Part shown: in pieces, positions 8,901-21,852 of the stretch
How the letters are laid out: each line of letters opens with the position of its first letter
Position numbering within the stretch: position 1 is the first letter of the stretch
Assembly (NCBI GenBank): GCA_044892505.1
Contig: CM097883.1
Coordinates: forward strand, 314,526,001-314,590,000
Direction: 5' to 3'
DNA length: 64,000 bases
DNA from: Schmidtea nova
Taxonomy: Eukaryota
The notes under the pieces: generated by a model
Told to the model about the DNA's origin: nothing
The model's input: the letters and a program-made list of their open reading frames with translations, nothing else
The model's database searches: none
Position numbers and translations under genes: made by a program

Positions 8901-10538
8901 GTAAAACAATTTGTTCTAGAATTTTCTTTTTAATTTTTCTAAATTAATTCTAATGATTTTCCGAAAATTAAATCCATATTTTTGTGTAATAATTTTTTAT
9001 AAAACACAAATAATTTATTTTAATTCAAAATTTTTTTTTTGAATCGAAATTTGTTCGATTTGATTTAATTTACGATATTTCGATCAATATTAGTTGTTTT
9101 TATTGTTAAACGTGACATTTTGTGATAAAATCACAATTTTCGGCTAAAATTTTGTTAAACTTTTTCGCGCTGAGGTTTTATAACACAATTCCGTTTTTAT
9201 GGGTATTTTCAATGGGTTTTCCGCCTATTCTAACTTTCAAACGTTCTTATTTTGACGATTTTTAATTTTTCTCGAGATTTCAGTGTAAGGGCTTTCAAAT
9301 TCACAGCTAGCGCGTTCTCTACTGGTTGATGTGTTTTGAGTCCACTTCACCTTTTGGTATTTTCCGCTTAACTACTTTGGTTTTTAATGAATGTTTGGGT
9401 TAAAACTGAATCTTGCGCGCTCTCTACTTATGGGGTTATTGCTTTATTAAAACAATTGGCAGTTTTTGCCCAACAATATGGTAGCCATATTGAATAAAAC
9501 AAAACACACCTATGAAAGTTACCATCTGTTTTTTTCTATGTTTTTTGTGTAATTATTTTTTTTTCTTACTCTGTCTACGACATAATAAATGACCATTTTC
9601 AGTAAAACAGCAATGAATTAGGTGCAGGTAGGTGTGTATTTTTCTATAATATAAGCTATTTGATTATTATAGGTCGCCATATCCAGTGTAACCTGGTGTA
9701 TTATTCATCTTACCCGTCTAATACCTAAATCCGTGTCAAGGCGGGCCTTCCCAAAGCTATGATAGCATGAACATCTAAACAGTTATACATAGAATTTTCT
9801 TGCCACATTATAGTCGAATAGTAGGCTATGCATTAGTTTTTTTTATTTGGAAAACGGTCCGTTATAGTAGTGCATCAGTTCAAAGTGCGTTTTTTAAGAA
9901 AAAAATTGTGGCATTAGAGGGTTAATATAGTAAGCTAAAAACGATGGCAAAAATTTAAAGTCTTTCGGCTGAAAAGATTAATTTTAAGATATGTCCATAT
10001 CTAGTTATACGGCGTAGGTATTTTGTCAGAAAATTGGCCATAAAGCGAAATTCCTTATAACTAAGCAATCCAAAACATTTCAGCTATTATGTTTAATGTA
10101 GTTAAAATTTTGATTGGATTAATTACTTATTCAGAATTCCGGTTTGGCGGTAATCTTCTAAGAATGTACCTAGACCATATAAGATATCAATGTATATATA
10201 CAATTTAGGCCTAGCATTCAATTTACATTAATAAACAAAGCTTTCACAATAAATAACATTTCAAAAATAACAAAATTTAAAACTCTACTAAAAAACTTCA
10301 AACCAACCAAAATAATCAAATATTACATAATCACATACAATAATTAACCATAAAAACTTTTTATTAAATACCGAAATCATAACATGCATTTATTATTTGA
10401 ATAAATATCTTCTATTATATTGTTTAACCAATAATTTTTTTTCAAATATTCAACAGATTGTATATCAAAACTTTGTCTTATAGGAAATTATTTTTTGTTC
10501 AATTCATCTTCTGGCATAGAAAGCAGCTGCAGTTATCA

Positions 10539-11059
10539 TTAATTCGTGATATTTCGGCACGAAACGATTTTTTCTTCACTGCAAGCAGACATAACAGTAA
10601 CCATGACTGTGTCACCGTTCTCGAATCGAGTTTTCAAATCCGCTTCCAATTCACCACCTGGTAGTTGGACATCTTCTTTAACTTCGCCTTTTTCTGCCAT
10701 CAAACTTACATAGCCATCAGTTGATATATCAACGAGTTGGTATTCAATTCTCTTCACAATTGGCATGTCTCTGTTAGCTGTTGATGGTGAGACATCTTCA
10801 CACTTTCTATCAGTAAATATATCAACAGCTGTTACATGGACTTTAGCTGAACCATGTTTACCTGTCTTGCAAGTACTCATATCTATGATTTTACAGGGTC
10901 GATCTTTTATCATTATGTATTGGCCTTTACGAAAAGCGCTCATTTGATTGGGAACCGTAAGAGAAGCTCCCGAATCGACATTTTCAAAAGTATCTTCGAA
11001 TTCTGACTAACGAAAAAATAATTTATATAAAAATTGACAACAAAGATAAACATTACCAT
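10539..11059 (-). CDS. eIF5A: Eukaryotic translation initiation factor 5A (156 aa; join 11059-11057, 11006-10539)
   Basis: Hypusine loop STCKTGKHGSAKVH, plus RPCKIIDMST and EYQLVDI. The ATG is followed by a 50-bp GT..AG intron (11056-11007), giving M-SEFEDTFENVDSGASLTVP in frame. Confidence 0.93.
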
Positions 11060-12150
11060 TTTTCAAAAAAATTTATTCGAAGTATTCATTATTAATAAAA
11101 CAAGTTGTATTACAGCGTCGAATATAATAGGATCTTTAGTTTATTTTTTATGATAACTATAATTATGAAGTTTAATTTAATGAAAATGCTAGATAATTCA
11201 GTGTGAATTTTAATTTTTTAATTTTTTATATAATAGTATAAAAATAATACAACTAAATTATACAATAAAAAATTTCCTATGGTAATGTCTGTTGGATTGT
11301 CAATGCGTATTTTACCTTGAATTTCTATGGTAACAAATATTGTTTATCAGTCATTAGTTAGATTCCACTGGCTTCTCCATTGCCATCTCACCAAATATAC
11401 ACGTGACTGGGCAATTTCACGTTGGTACTGTTTAACCATTTAACTACTTAACCATTGTAATCGCATACAAATATTGACAAACTATATTACTGTTGGGCTG
11501 GTGTGGGTGTTGTTATAAAAATTATTATTGACTATAGAGAATTATACAACCCATAGCCTATCATAAAATTTAAACTACCACCTTTAGGGTACCCATAGTT
11601 ATTCCCTAATTAACTATGTTGTTACAGTACACGTTGGTAAGAATCTAGTGAGCAGGAGAGCTTCGTTGCCGAAACTACTCCTCACTATATTCTCTCTTTC
11701 AAGTTCTTGCTGTCGATAGAAGGACTTACGCACCTGCTTACTTTTTGGTCGTATAACATGATTAAATCTTCGCTTTCTATCCCCTTATTCTATCTTAGAT
11801 CTACATTTATTCATTCTCACAAATATACGATATTTCAATGGGGATTTTTCTATAATTTTTAATAAATTATTTTCTTTATTCTGATACCTCTTAAATCCTT
11901 TATCATGCTTTTCGTATTCACTATACAAGCACTGATCGTTCGCATTCAATTCTCGTGCGTTCCTTCGTGTGTAAATCCGACCTGCACTCAAACTGTGAAC
12001 TCTCTTTTGAGATGCATCTTTTCTATCATTTCAATTATATCTCTACTATTACTACTATTTATGCTTTAGTATTTTATAATTCTTTGTGTTATTTTTCTAC
12101 CTAATGCTTTATTGTGCGTTTTGAATTTGCTTCTATTTGTGTATATTTAA

Positions 12151-12237
12151 TTTTTGATGAATTTAAACAAAATTTATTTTTGATGAATTTAAACAAAATT
12201 TATTTTTGATGAATTTAAACAAAATTTATTTTTGATT
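12151..12237. repeat. 26-bp tandem repeat x3 (TTTTTGATGAATTTAAACAAAATTTA)
   Basis: Directly visible. Confidence 0.9.
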
Positions 12238-12642
12238 CCACCAGCCCAACAACACTCCGGGGCCCGTTTAAATTAGGTTCCGCAATGTCATTAATTATAC
12301 AGCAAAAAAGCTATTTCATCATCCTGTCATTCCTCTTTACATTGAAACAAAATAAATTAGATTACACTAATAAATGTCAAAACCACAAGCATGAAAGAAT
12401 CACTTAATGTGATCAGTTTACACACATAATCACAATAATTGATATTGTTCGATGCAACTGTAGTTCATTTGTTGGATCCTTCGACTCGTTGCGGGTTCGT
12501 TTCCGTCTGGTGGGTTGATTGCATTGATCGTTTTTATTCATATCTGATTTGATTCTTGAGTCCAGGTTGTATTGATTCCAAGTTTTTCATTTCTCAGGTA
12601 TACCGAGTTGTGGATTGACTTGGATGATTTCGAGGTTTCTTT

Positions 12643-15422
12643 TCTCTTGGTTGGATGGATTGTTTGATTGTTGATTGTTTTCTCTTTAATTTTTTTGCCT
12701 GGGATGCTGTCAAGGTGATTAGGTTGACGATCATAAGGATACTGAGAGTGTTGCTTATGATGATGGCAATGATCCATCCTTCTTGATTGGGTAATTTGAT
12801 TTTTATAACTCTTTTTATAGTCTCTTTGTTCTCCTTCGGTAATCTTCGGATTTCTTCGAATTTCTTGGATTTGTAGAATTTGGGTTTGATCGTCTTCATC
12901 GGGGTTGATCTTTGTTGAGTTTTTGTGATTAATGCGGTAGCATTCGTTCTATTTGTGATTACTGATAAGGTTTTTCTATTGTTTGGGTTGTATTTGGTGT
13001 TGTTACCATTAATATTATATTCAGAATTGTTGCGGTAACGAGTCGATTTTCCATGATTCTGTTTAATACATTTACATTGATACACTGTCCGTTCATTCTC
13101 CAGTACGATTTTATTTACATTAGCGATTTCTCATTATTTTATACAAACGTCACTACATTCAGTCTTTCTCTTTGCATTCTTTATGTTGAATAACAATTTC
13201 ACATTCTTGTTTTATTCCCTCAAGGTGGTTAATTATTGTTTTAATTTTCTAGTTTTGTTCTTTGACACATTTCTGTCTATTCTGATCCAATTTCTTGGCT
13301 GAAGCTACTTGTTGGTTCTTTCTTCTCTTCGTTTTCCTTTCCCATTTTTACGCAATGTTCGCCTGGTTTTTGTAGGTTTCGCTAATTTTCTGGTGTCTTG
13401 CTGCACTTTATTCTGTCATTCTTTATATTTTAAAGTTCTATAATGTATTTATCCCTGGTGGTAATAATATGGTTATTCATTTGATTTACATTATCTGATA
13501 TATATAATCATATTCTGACATCTATACCATGACTGTTCTTTTCCCTTCGTATTGTCTTGCGTCTCTTAATTCATTCCATTTCTTTTCGTATCAAATGTCG
13601 TTTTGGCTTCATTTTAAATTAGCTCGATTGTTCCGACCATTTCAAATATTTTAGTCCGATTATCATATTGGCTTTTCACTTTACACGTACCGTGTCTAAT
13701 GAGGTTTAATCTACCTTCGTATTCCGTTGTGGGCATCTTTGAATTTCTTAGTTTAATATAGTCGAGTTTCATGTTTTCTTTTTTGGATCTCTTTTATGGG
13801 TTGATTTACCCATTTCTGTTCTGACTTTCTTAGTGAAGAGGCTTCATTTTTCGTGTTCTGGGTTTTACAGTGGACGAGCTTCATGATTTTTTGATTTTTT
13901 GATTTTGTTTTCTTTTTGAAATACATGTACACTGAGTTTACATACATCTGTTTTATTACTGACATATACATTTCATTAGCTTTTTCCACAAATATTAATA
14001 CCATATTGATACATATACATTGAATTGATTTTGCTATTTACAATTTATCCACTTTGTTTCTTTTTACACTTCACTCTATACCGCCTCATCGTTTAGGGTG
14101 AGAGCTTTTATGGGTTCCACATTGTTTGCAATCTCGACGTATTCTGATGTCGACTTTTGATAGTTTCGATTTTATTTCTCTTTTAATCTATTTATTTCTT
14201 GTATTGCTGACATTAGTTGGTTTTGATATCTGGTTTTGATATCTGGTTATTATTTCTTTTTGTATAATGATTTATTGTTAATAAGTGAGAGCTAATCGCA
14301 TCATATTAGTCAATTGTGTCTCTTTGCTTTTAGCTTCTTTCATGAAGATTTTTTGTATTCTCCTGAAATTGTTTACTTGCTTTTCCAGCTTGTTGATTGT
14401 GTCATTTTTCCTTTCGTTCACGTTCCTCAACTGGTTTTGGTTTCCTTGATTCGCGTGTTCCTTGTTGTTTTGATCTATTATCGCCTGATTCCTTGCTTCG
14501 GTACACTGGGATGCCAAATGTCCTCCTTGTCTGCATTGGTAACATATTCCTAAATGCTGACGAGTCTCTTTGATTCGTTCTCTCTTGGGATCGTTTTGAA
14601 CAATTCGATTTTCGTAATGCCTTTCTACAAGTTTGTTATTATTATTTATGAATTCAGATTGCTTCGTTTCTCTGGTTGTCTTTAGTTTCATTTCGTTCGC
14701 GATGTTGTCTTTCTGATTTTGGTTTTCCTGTTTATTTTTGAGATTCCAACAATTTCTTATCATGTGTCCTTTTTTCCCACAGTTTTAACATCTTTGACTT
14801 CTCAAAACCTTCTCTCCATGTCCTTTTGTTCCACATTGGGTGTAATTTTATTCTTGAAACAACTGCTTTCTAAGTGTCAATGTCTTTGGCAATTTTTACA
14901 CTATTCGTCTCTTATGTAGATATACTATTCTTTTGTCTCTTGTTGGTTTTTCTTTTCTTTCTTTTAAGTTTGATTTCTTTCTTCTACGTTTCCTGTTTGT
15001 TCATTTATCTTCTCGACTTCTGGAATTTCGTTTTTTTCTGACTGCTTGCTGTCTTTATTTTTCGTAACAAGTTGATTTATCGTTATATTTTCAATTTTTT
15101 CAATTATTTTGCTTTCAATTATTGCTTTTCTGTTTAGTTCTTTTAGTTACTCGTTTCTATTTTTCTAAGCATATTGATACTTGGATTATTCTTTTCTTAT
15201 TTTTCCCATACTTCTTCTAACTTTTGTGCCCTATTACTTCCATTTGCCATTTCCAATTTATCTGCCTTTAGAAGTTCTTCATTTATCTTTCTCCAAAGTT
15301 CCTCGTTGACACAGGTCTGCAATCCTACCAATTTGCTCCATCTGAACTTTTCTTCACGAACTTCCTTGATTGTTGGCTTTTGTGGTTCTGATTGACAGCT
15401 TGTCATCATATTGATTCTCCAT
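12643..15422 (+). repeat. 2,780-bp direct repeat, copy A (copy B at 21903-24682)
   Basis: Identical ORF translations at a constant 9,260-bp offset. At least one SNP (C12767 vs T22027). Confidence 0.95.
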
Positions 15423-16347
15423 GAATAATAAAATTTTATTTCAATAAAATATGATAATTTTCCAATGGGACATAGCTCAACATGGAGCATCCCATACTGA
15501 CAATATTCTAGGGCAGAAGAGTCTGAAATATCTGGATCAATTGGATGATATTCAGGGTTTTCTCGACTCGATTGTCACTCGAATTTGCCTGTATTGTCCC
15601 TGGCAGTGAATGTGATCTTCATCGGATTTGGATTCCGGCATTGCAATATTGGATAAACTTCTCTTTGATTTCGAACAATCGGAATCATTGAGGTGTTCTA
15701 TTGTCACTTGAAATTGTTTGTATTGTCGTCAGTGGTAAAGGTATTCTTCTTTAGATTTAAATTCCGGATTTTCAGTTCTTAGTAAGTTTCTCCAGATTTT
15801 GTCAAGTATTCGAAAATGTACAATAATTATCTGTAAGTTTTCTTTAAAGATTAAAATTTCCTTTTGATTGAGCTAAAGGAAAAATAATAAATTGTTAGAC
15901 GCTGTTCCTGAACGAGGAAACAGTGTTTATTAACCGGAGCAAAACGTCAAGAAAAAGAGGGTAAGATGTTTTCAGGTCAAAGATAGAAATTTATAAACAA
16001 AATGAAGTAGTAAATAAGAAATAATTAAGAAAGGAAAGAAAAAAGGTAAATAAAAGTGAATCAAGAAAAAAAAACCCTCCAAAACTAACAAGCTCATCCA
16101 CACGAGAGGAGAGAACACATTGTTCATCTCCAAATTTATATTCACCATTAGGCATTTGAGTTTCAGTTGGAATCATTTTTGAAAAGAGAAGAATTAAAAG
16201 AGATTATTTAAACAATGCCATGATATTTCAAACTTTTAATTTAAATTAAAAAAAAAATTAAATAAATATCTAACAAAGTTAAGTAATTGTTATCAAAAAT
16301 AAAAAAGGAAAAGGAAATAAATTTAAAAAAAAAAAAAAGAAGTTTGA

Positions 16348-16457
16348 AAAGTTTCACAGCACCTCGTATTCCCAGGCGGTCACCCATCCAAGTACTAACG
16401 AGGCCTTAACCTGTTTAACTTCCGAGATCGAACGACATCGGTTGAATTCAGACTCGT
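16348..16457 (-). rRNA. 5S rRNA: 5S rRNA gene lacking the first ~12 nt
   Basis: Minus strand reads ...CTGAATTCAACCGATGTCGTTCGATCTCGGAAGTTAAACAGGTTAAGGCCTCGTTAGTACTTGGATGGGTGACCGCCTGGGAATACGAGGTGCTGTGAAACTTTT, followed by oligo-T Pol III terminator-like tracts. Confidence 0.93.
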
Positions 16458-19400
16458 TTAGTTGTTGTTAATTCGAATGAATTGCTCCTCGTTTTCGAAA
16501 ATGGGCAGTGTACCATTCTTGTGGAAGTACCATCGTTTTGCCGAGTGTGCAATATTACTAATTGCACACTTTTTTAATAACCCAGCCACCTGGCCTTTAT
16601 TTATGCCAATTTTCTGAAGGATCTGAGGAGTTTCTACAGGAAAAGAGCCAAGAGCGCCTATAATGCAAGTATCGAGTTCAACTTTAAAGTCTGGCTTGAC
16701 AGTTTGAATATCGATTTTCAGAGAGTTGTATTTTTCCAAATTCAATAAATTTACACGCTCAAAGTTACATAAAGAATCACTCGGACATTTAAGGTCAACA
16801 AGGAAGATTCTTTTTCTAAGAACATCAGTTATCAGCAAATCCACCCGCTCTTTAGAACTCGGAACAAGTGAACAGGCATGGTTGACAACAACAATTAGGT
16901 TTTTATTAAGTTGGAGATGATTAGAAATGAGTTTAAGGCAAGCATCGTGTCGTTCAGAGCCCAAAGTCATATGAACTTTGCACGATTGAAGTACATGTGA
17001 TGAGGTTTCATCCTCATCATGACATCGACGACAGAGTCTTTTCTCTCCACTATTATAAGGCTTTGCAAGGGTGGAAAGAGTGTTGGTGCGTGCTCTATGG
17101 ACAAAGTTCCAAGCAAACTCGGATAAATCACTGCGATAGATAGCTTTGTTTACTGTCGGTGAAAGCTTTACAGCTGAAGCGATAATGTTTGAGACACAGC
17201 TTTTTTCCCATTTAACCAAGTATGAATCATTGAGCGCTAAGTGCAACACTTTTGCCGTGGTCTCACGTTCGTCCGGAGTTACAATACATGTACCACGTGC
17301 GTTCGTATTAATATAGAGACATAGTACATTATTGGTGATAGTAAACGTGATGTTGATGTCGTGCGTCTTCTCAAAAAAAGCAATCGCAATCCTAGCTCTT
17401 TGAAATCGAGTTTTCTTTCCAGAATGGGGAGAAAGAGACTCTTTTCCATTGAGCCATTCAAGACTTTCCTGAAGAGTTGGATTTTTTATCCCAAGACGTG
17501 GACTGGTGACAAAAGCTAAAGAGTCAAGATTAATTTTCCTTGCAAAGTCACACTGTGACGTGATTAATCGAAAAAAGTGTGTGATAGTCTGTGTGTGATA
17601 TTCGTCGAGGAGATCAACACAGTTTGCTCCCCCATTTTCAGTTGAATTGTAGAAATAACTCACTTCCGAGTGATTAGGCAAAAGCAGCATTTTTCTTAAG
17701 GTTTTCCTTAACTGGCTAGTGATGTTAACTGAAAGATTTTTATTATCATAAGATTTTGAAAGTGCACTAGTTTTAATTTCACGGGTTCTAAAAGGGAAGA
17801 TCAAGCGAGAATGGATAAATACTTTGTAAGCTTTAAGTTTTTGCCACCCAAGCAAATCCGAATCAGCAAGTTTTTTGGTGTCTTTGAGTGCCTCCAGTAG
17901 AATGTCGTAAGGACTTTGGTCAGTTCCTTCGCCAACTGGCACACCTAGGTATTGATAAAATTCATTAGACAGTAGTTTTTTTATTTTAACTCCATTGATT
18001 GAAATTTCACTGTCAATGTGAATTCTAGGAAGTTGCAGATAAGCACATTTCTCTGGCCGATATTCAAAGCCTATATTGGTTGCAGTTGTGACAGCAGTGT
18101 TAATGAGTTTTTGCAGGTCATTAGGAGATTTAGCGAAAATTGCGATGTCATCTGCATACGCGAGAATTTTGACAGATGATTCTCCAATAGCAAAAGCATC
18201 ACAGACTGTTCTGGAAACAGCTTCCAACACAGGATTAATCGCCAAAGCAAACAAAATCATGGAGATGGGACATCCTTGCTTGACACCCTTTTTAATTGGG
18301 ATTTTTGGTGTCAGAATAGGACCACAACTATAGAAGGAGCTTGTGTCAGAATATAAAAGTTCTAAGATGGAGGTAAAGTCTTCACTTACCCCAGTGTATC
18401 GGAGTAAGGACCACATGTAATCATGTGGGACACTACCAAAAGCATCTTTTATGTCGAGCCAAGCAATGGAAAGAGGACAGTTTTTACTATATTTGGAATG
18501 TTCCAGAGCAGCAGACAGAATCGAGTTGTGTTCAACGCAACCTTCATGTTGGGAGCCACCTTTTTGTCCAACATGTAATAGTTTATTAGAGTTTATCCAG
18601 CGAGCAAGACAAGAGGCTAGACAGGACGCAAAAACTTTGTAGATGACGGATAGCAAGGCAATCGGGCGCCAGGATGATATATCTGAATATTTATCATTTT
18701 TATTAGGTTTCGGGATTAGAGTGGTTTTGTAGACCTTCCAACTGTCCGGTATGGACTTCTCTGTAATGATCTTGTTGAACAAGAAAGTAAGTATATGACC
18801 ATCAGGATCTAGACGCAACAAGTCACGATATTGTAATCCATCAATACCGGGACTAGTGTTGTCAGCCCTCCTAAGTTCATACATCACTTCCCTATTCGAG
18901 AAGCATTTCAGAGGAAGTACATTTTGAGAGTGTTTACAAAAGTCAAATAGTTTCTCCCAATGCCCACGTGCAGGTGTTTCATGAGAAAAGTTTTTAACTA
19001 TGTTCTGAAAAGTTGGTCGAGCCGGTACATCGAAATTGTTGATGACCTTATTGACAGCTGACTTCATATCTTTCATGAATAAATCGATCAATTTATTTTT
19101 GCTAATTTTAGAAGTTTTAATTTTGGTTCCCAAGTATGGTTTTTTAGCTGGTTTCATTTTTTCAGGGAATTGCTCCATAATCGCGTGAATAATTTCATTT
19201 GTGCTATAATTTGCCCATTTAATTAAAAATAGTTCAGCATTAGTTCTCTTTTGTTTTATCGGAACTCTCAATATAGCTTTATGAATAATTTTAGTGTTAC
19301 TTGGGTTCTCTATATTATCGTGCTGCCTGACAAAGATAAGCAAAGAGCCAACCACGTCTCCAATCTCGCGCAAGTTTAAATTTACAAGGGGCAAATTTTT

Positions 19401-20231
19401 CGAGAAATTATTAATAAACGCACACAAGAGAATTTTACTAACAAGACCTGAGCTGCGGATGTCATGGGGACATTCAGAAAGATTCAAAACGCGGCCAGGT
19501 GTATCTTTTATGTCATTTATTTTATTTCTCAGAATTCTGCAAGTAGACAGATAATTGTCATTCACAGTTAAAGATGTTGGGTTTACAAGATAAAAGGTGT
19601 CAACACTATAATCGAGAATGAGCAAAATTTCACGATGTTTAGGGGGAGCAACAATCGCAAAGATGATTTGTGATTTGCATATATTTTCAAAATTCAGAAA
19701 ATCATTTATGTGTTGAGTACAATCGTCAAGAATAGCCGTGCACATGGTCGCACTCAATAAAAAAAAAGTCTTGGGTAAATTTAAATTATCAAAAAATATT
19801 GAAATTATTTTATCCGAAATTTTAGAATTAAGTAAGTTTAGATTCTGAGAGATTTCATTTGTTTCCCTTAATTTTATTGAGTTTAATGATTTGTGTATAT
19901 TTAAAAAATGAATAACTTTATTAAACAAAAGTTTCTCAAGAAGCTCAATAAAAACCGACGCAAAGAGAATTGTATCATCAGAGATGTTGGGCACCAGTTC
20001 CAAGCCGTGGTTAGGTTTAAAAGAAATGTTTGTTGATAGAAAGAACTTATTCAAGTAGTCAGTAATATTTTCGCCGATGCCAAGTAAACGGTCAGAAATA
20101 GGTTTTTCTTGATTGTTAAAAACGTAACTTGCACCATGTGTAATAGAAAAAAAGATATAAACACCAGTAATTATCATTTGGGATAACACTGATGACATGG
20201 TTAATCCCGAGAAAATTTTTAAACGTGACAT
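16458..20231 (-). CDS. RT-RLE portion of the non-LTR ORF
   Basis: 1257-aa ORF with RT (YADD), zinc knuckle and RLE. Confidence 0.9.
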   Translation of the reverse strand: MSRLKIFSGLTMSSVLSQMIITGVYIFFSITHGASYVFNNQEKPISDRLLGIGENITDYLNKFFLSTNISFKPNHGLELVPNISDDTILFASVFIELLEKLLFNKVIHFLNIHKSLNSIKLRETNEISQNLNLLNSKISDKIISIFFDNLNLPKTFFLLSATMCTAILDDCTQHINDFLNFENICKSQIIFAIVAPPKHREILLILDYSVDTFYLVNPTSLTVNDNYLSTCRILRNKINDIKDTPGRVLNLSECPHDIRSSGLVSKILLCAFINNFSKNLPLVNLNLREIGDVVGSLLIFVRQHDNIENPSNTKIIHKAILRVPIKQKRTNAELFLIKWANYSTNEIIHAIMEQFPEKMKPAKKPYLGTKIKTSKISKNKLIDLFMKDMKSAVNKVINNFDVPARPTFQNIVKNFSHETPARGHWEKLFDFCKHSQNVLPLKCFSNREVMYELRRADNTSPGIDGLQYRDLLRLDPDGHILTFLFNKIITEKSIPDSWKVYKTTLIPKPNKNDKYSDISSWRPIALLSVIYKVFASCLASCLARWINSNKLLHVGQKGGSQHEGCVEHNSILSAALEHSKYSKNCPLSIAWLDIKDAFGSVPHDYMWSLLRYTGVSEDFTSILELLYSDTSSFYSCGPILTPKIPIKKGVKQGCPISMILFALAINPVLEAVSRTVCDAFAIGESSVKILAYADDIAIFAKSPNDLQKLINTAVTTATNIGFEYRPEKCAYLQLPRIHIDSEISINGVKIKKLLSNEFYQYLGVPVGEGTDQSPYDILLEALKDTKKLADSDLLGWQKLKAYKVFIHSRLIFPFRTREIKTSALSKSYDNKNLSVNITSQLRKTLRKMLLLPNHSEVSYFYNSTENGGANCVDLLDEYHTQTITHFFRLITSQCDFARKINLDSLAFVTSPRLGIKNPTLQESLEWLNGKESLSPHSGKKTRFQRARIAIAFFEKTHDINITFTITNNVLCLYINTNARGTCIVTPDERETTAKVLHLALNDSYLVKWEKSCVSNIIASAVKLSPTVNKAIYRSDLSEFAWNFVHRARTNTLSTLAKPYNSGEKRLCRRCHDEDETSSHVLQSCKVHMTLGSERHDACLKLISNHLQLNKNLIVVVNHACSLVPSSKERVDLLITDVLRKRIFLVDLKCPSDSLCNFERVNLLNLEKYNSLKIDIQTVKPDFKVELDTCIIGALGSFPVETPQILQKIGINKGQVAGLLKKCAISNIAHSAKRWYFHKNGTLPIFENEEQFIRINNN

Positions 20232-21852
20232 TTTCTCTAATAAATGAGTTATTTCTAGAGATTATATTTAGTGTAAGTTCTTGGGACAGGACCAAGATGT
20301 CTTTATGGTCTTTAAACCATTCGGTAATCAAAGACGAGATGCAGGCATTACGTTTCATAAGGAAGATGTGGTCGTGTTTATTAGAAATATTTAGAGTTGT
20401 GTCTTTTTTCACTCTCTTAGGGTTAGTGAGTTTAGATTCACCACCTCCAGATGATTTTGGGACCATGTTATTTAAAGTAAGTTTAAATTGGTAGACATCT
20501 TTTCTGATATTTTCTATAAAATCACCAGGAAATTTTTGCCATGTACCACTTATCATCATAGCATAAGCACAGATGTAAGGCCCACAGTCATAGTTATTAT
20601 TTTGGTAGACAAAGTTTTTATGTGGGTGGAAAAATAGTGCAGCTTTAAGGTTAAAAAGACGATTCAAAGCGATTGTAGTTTGAAGAGCGTCGGCTCTATT
20701 GGTCAACGAATGGCGGTTGTTGAAAAGAGGATCTACAAAGTATGAAGTTAAAGAAGTTTTACAATACACAAAAATAATCCAATGAGTTTTATTAATATTT
20801 ATTGGACATAGTAGAGTTTGCGCAGATATTACTCTGTCTGGCATTCGAAAAATGGTTTCGCAAAGATTTGCCCGTAAGATTTCTATTTGAAAGCATTTTA
20901 TTGGAGCAAATTTAGGGTCATTGATATGACATTCAAGATAGTTATCAATGTCATCATCAGTAAACCATATTTTAGGGTCACGCAATATATTTGTGATTTT
21001 AGATGGTTTAAATTTTTTGGGAAATGTGCTGTCTGCATCAGTCTCTGTTGAGATTGGGGCAGATATTGAGACTGGTGCAGGCACACAACTTCATTTGTTT
21101 TTGGTAGCCATACGTTTGGGTTTTTTAATAGGCTTTTTCGAAGAGTCTTGAGACTCACTATCAATTAATTCAGTGTTTGATGTCAAATTTTCATCAATAT
21201 CGACAGGAAGTTTATTTGTAGGGTTTTCTACCAAATTGTAATTTATTTCAGCTTCATCGCATTCAGGAATAGAAAAAAGAGGCTCGTTTACAAGCTTTTC
21301 AGTATTCTCATTGTTCCCCATCACAGGCTTATCAACCTTTTCTATAGCAGGTTTTTCATTGACAGTTAGCTTAATAGAGCATAAGATTCTAGATATACCT
21401 TCGCTCATTTCTGGAGTACAAATCTTTCTACAGTACTTGGGAACGCGGAAGGTAAATTTATTTTTTAAAAGAAAAGTTTTTTTATCTCTAATAAGAAAGA
21501 ATAAGAGTCTTTTCGCTTTCAAGGTGTTTGAGTTATCCAAATCGTCTTGGAATTCGTTAATTCCACGTCCTATATTTTCAAGTGCCGTTAGTTGTTGTGC
21601 TTTATTTGGCAAAAGATTATCGATATAATCAAAGAAGTTGTTAATATCCAAAATAGTTTTTGGAGAGATGATGTTGTTTATTTTATCGATCTCTTGAAGT
21701 ATAAAAGTTTGTTTGAGTTTTAGGAAGCGCTCTTGGCAGCTTTTGTTATAATAGGAGTTGGTAGGTAGTTTTTTAATTAGTTCCATAGCCCAGGATTCAA
21801 TATTATCGCAGCATAAGGAGTCTACACTCTCAAGCTTCACAATCGAGTGCAT
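20116..21852 (-). pseudogene. N-terminal part of the non-LTR ORF with a Ulp1/C48-like cysteine protease
   Basis: ORFs 21852-21091 and 21084-20116 share a frame and are separated by one TGA. Motifs: WFTDDDIDNYL, PININKTHWIIF, YFVDPL, YQNNNYDCGPYIC. Confidence 0.85.

Larger units (their letters stand above)
11765..15422 (-). mobile_element. Decayed LTR-retrotransposon-like region (CCHC knuckle), copy A
   Basis: Broken A-rich ORFs on the minus strand, including CYQCRQGGHLASQC (ORF 14278-14763), with many stops. Confidence 0.6.

Noticed and set aside
9916-9925. piggyBac-like end AGAGGGTTAA
   Set aside because: No matching opposite terminus found.
11620-11758. Short TGTTA...TAACA segment as an LTR
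   Set aside because: No second copy, no TSD and only a weak purine tract.
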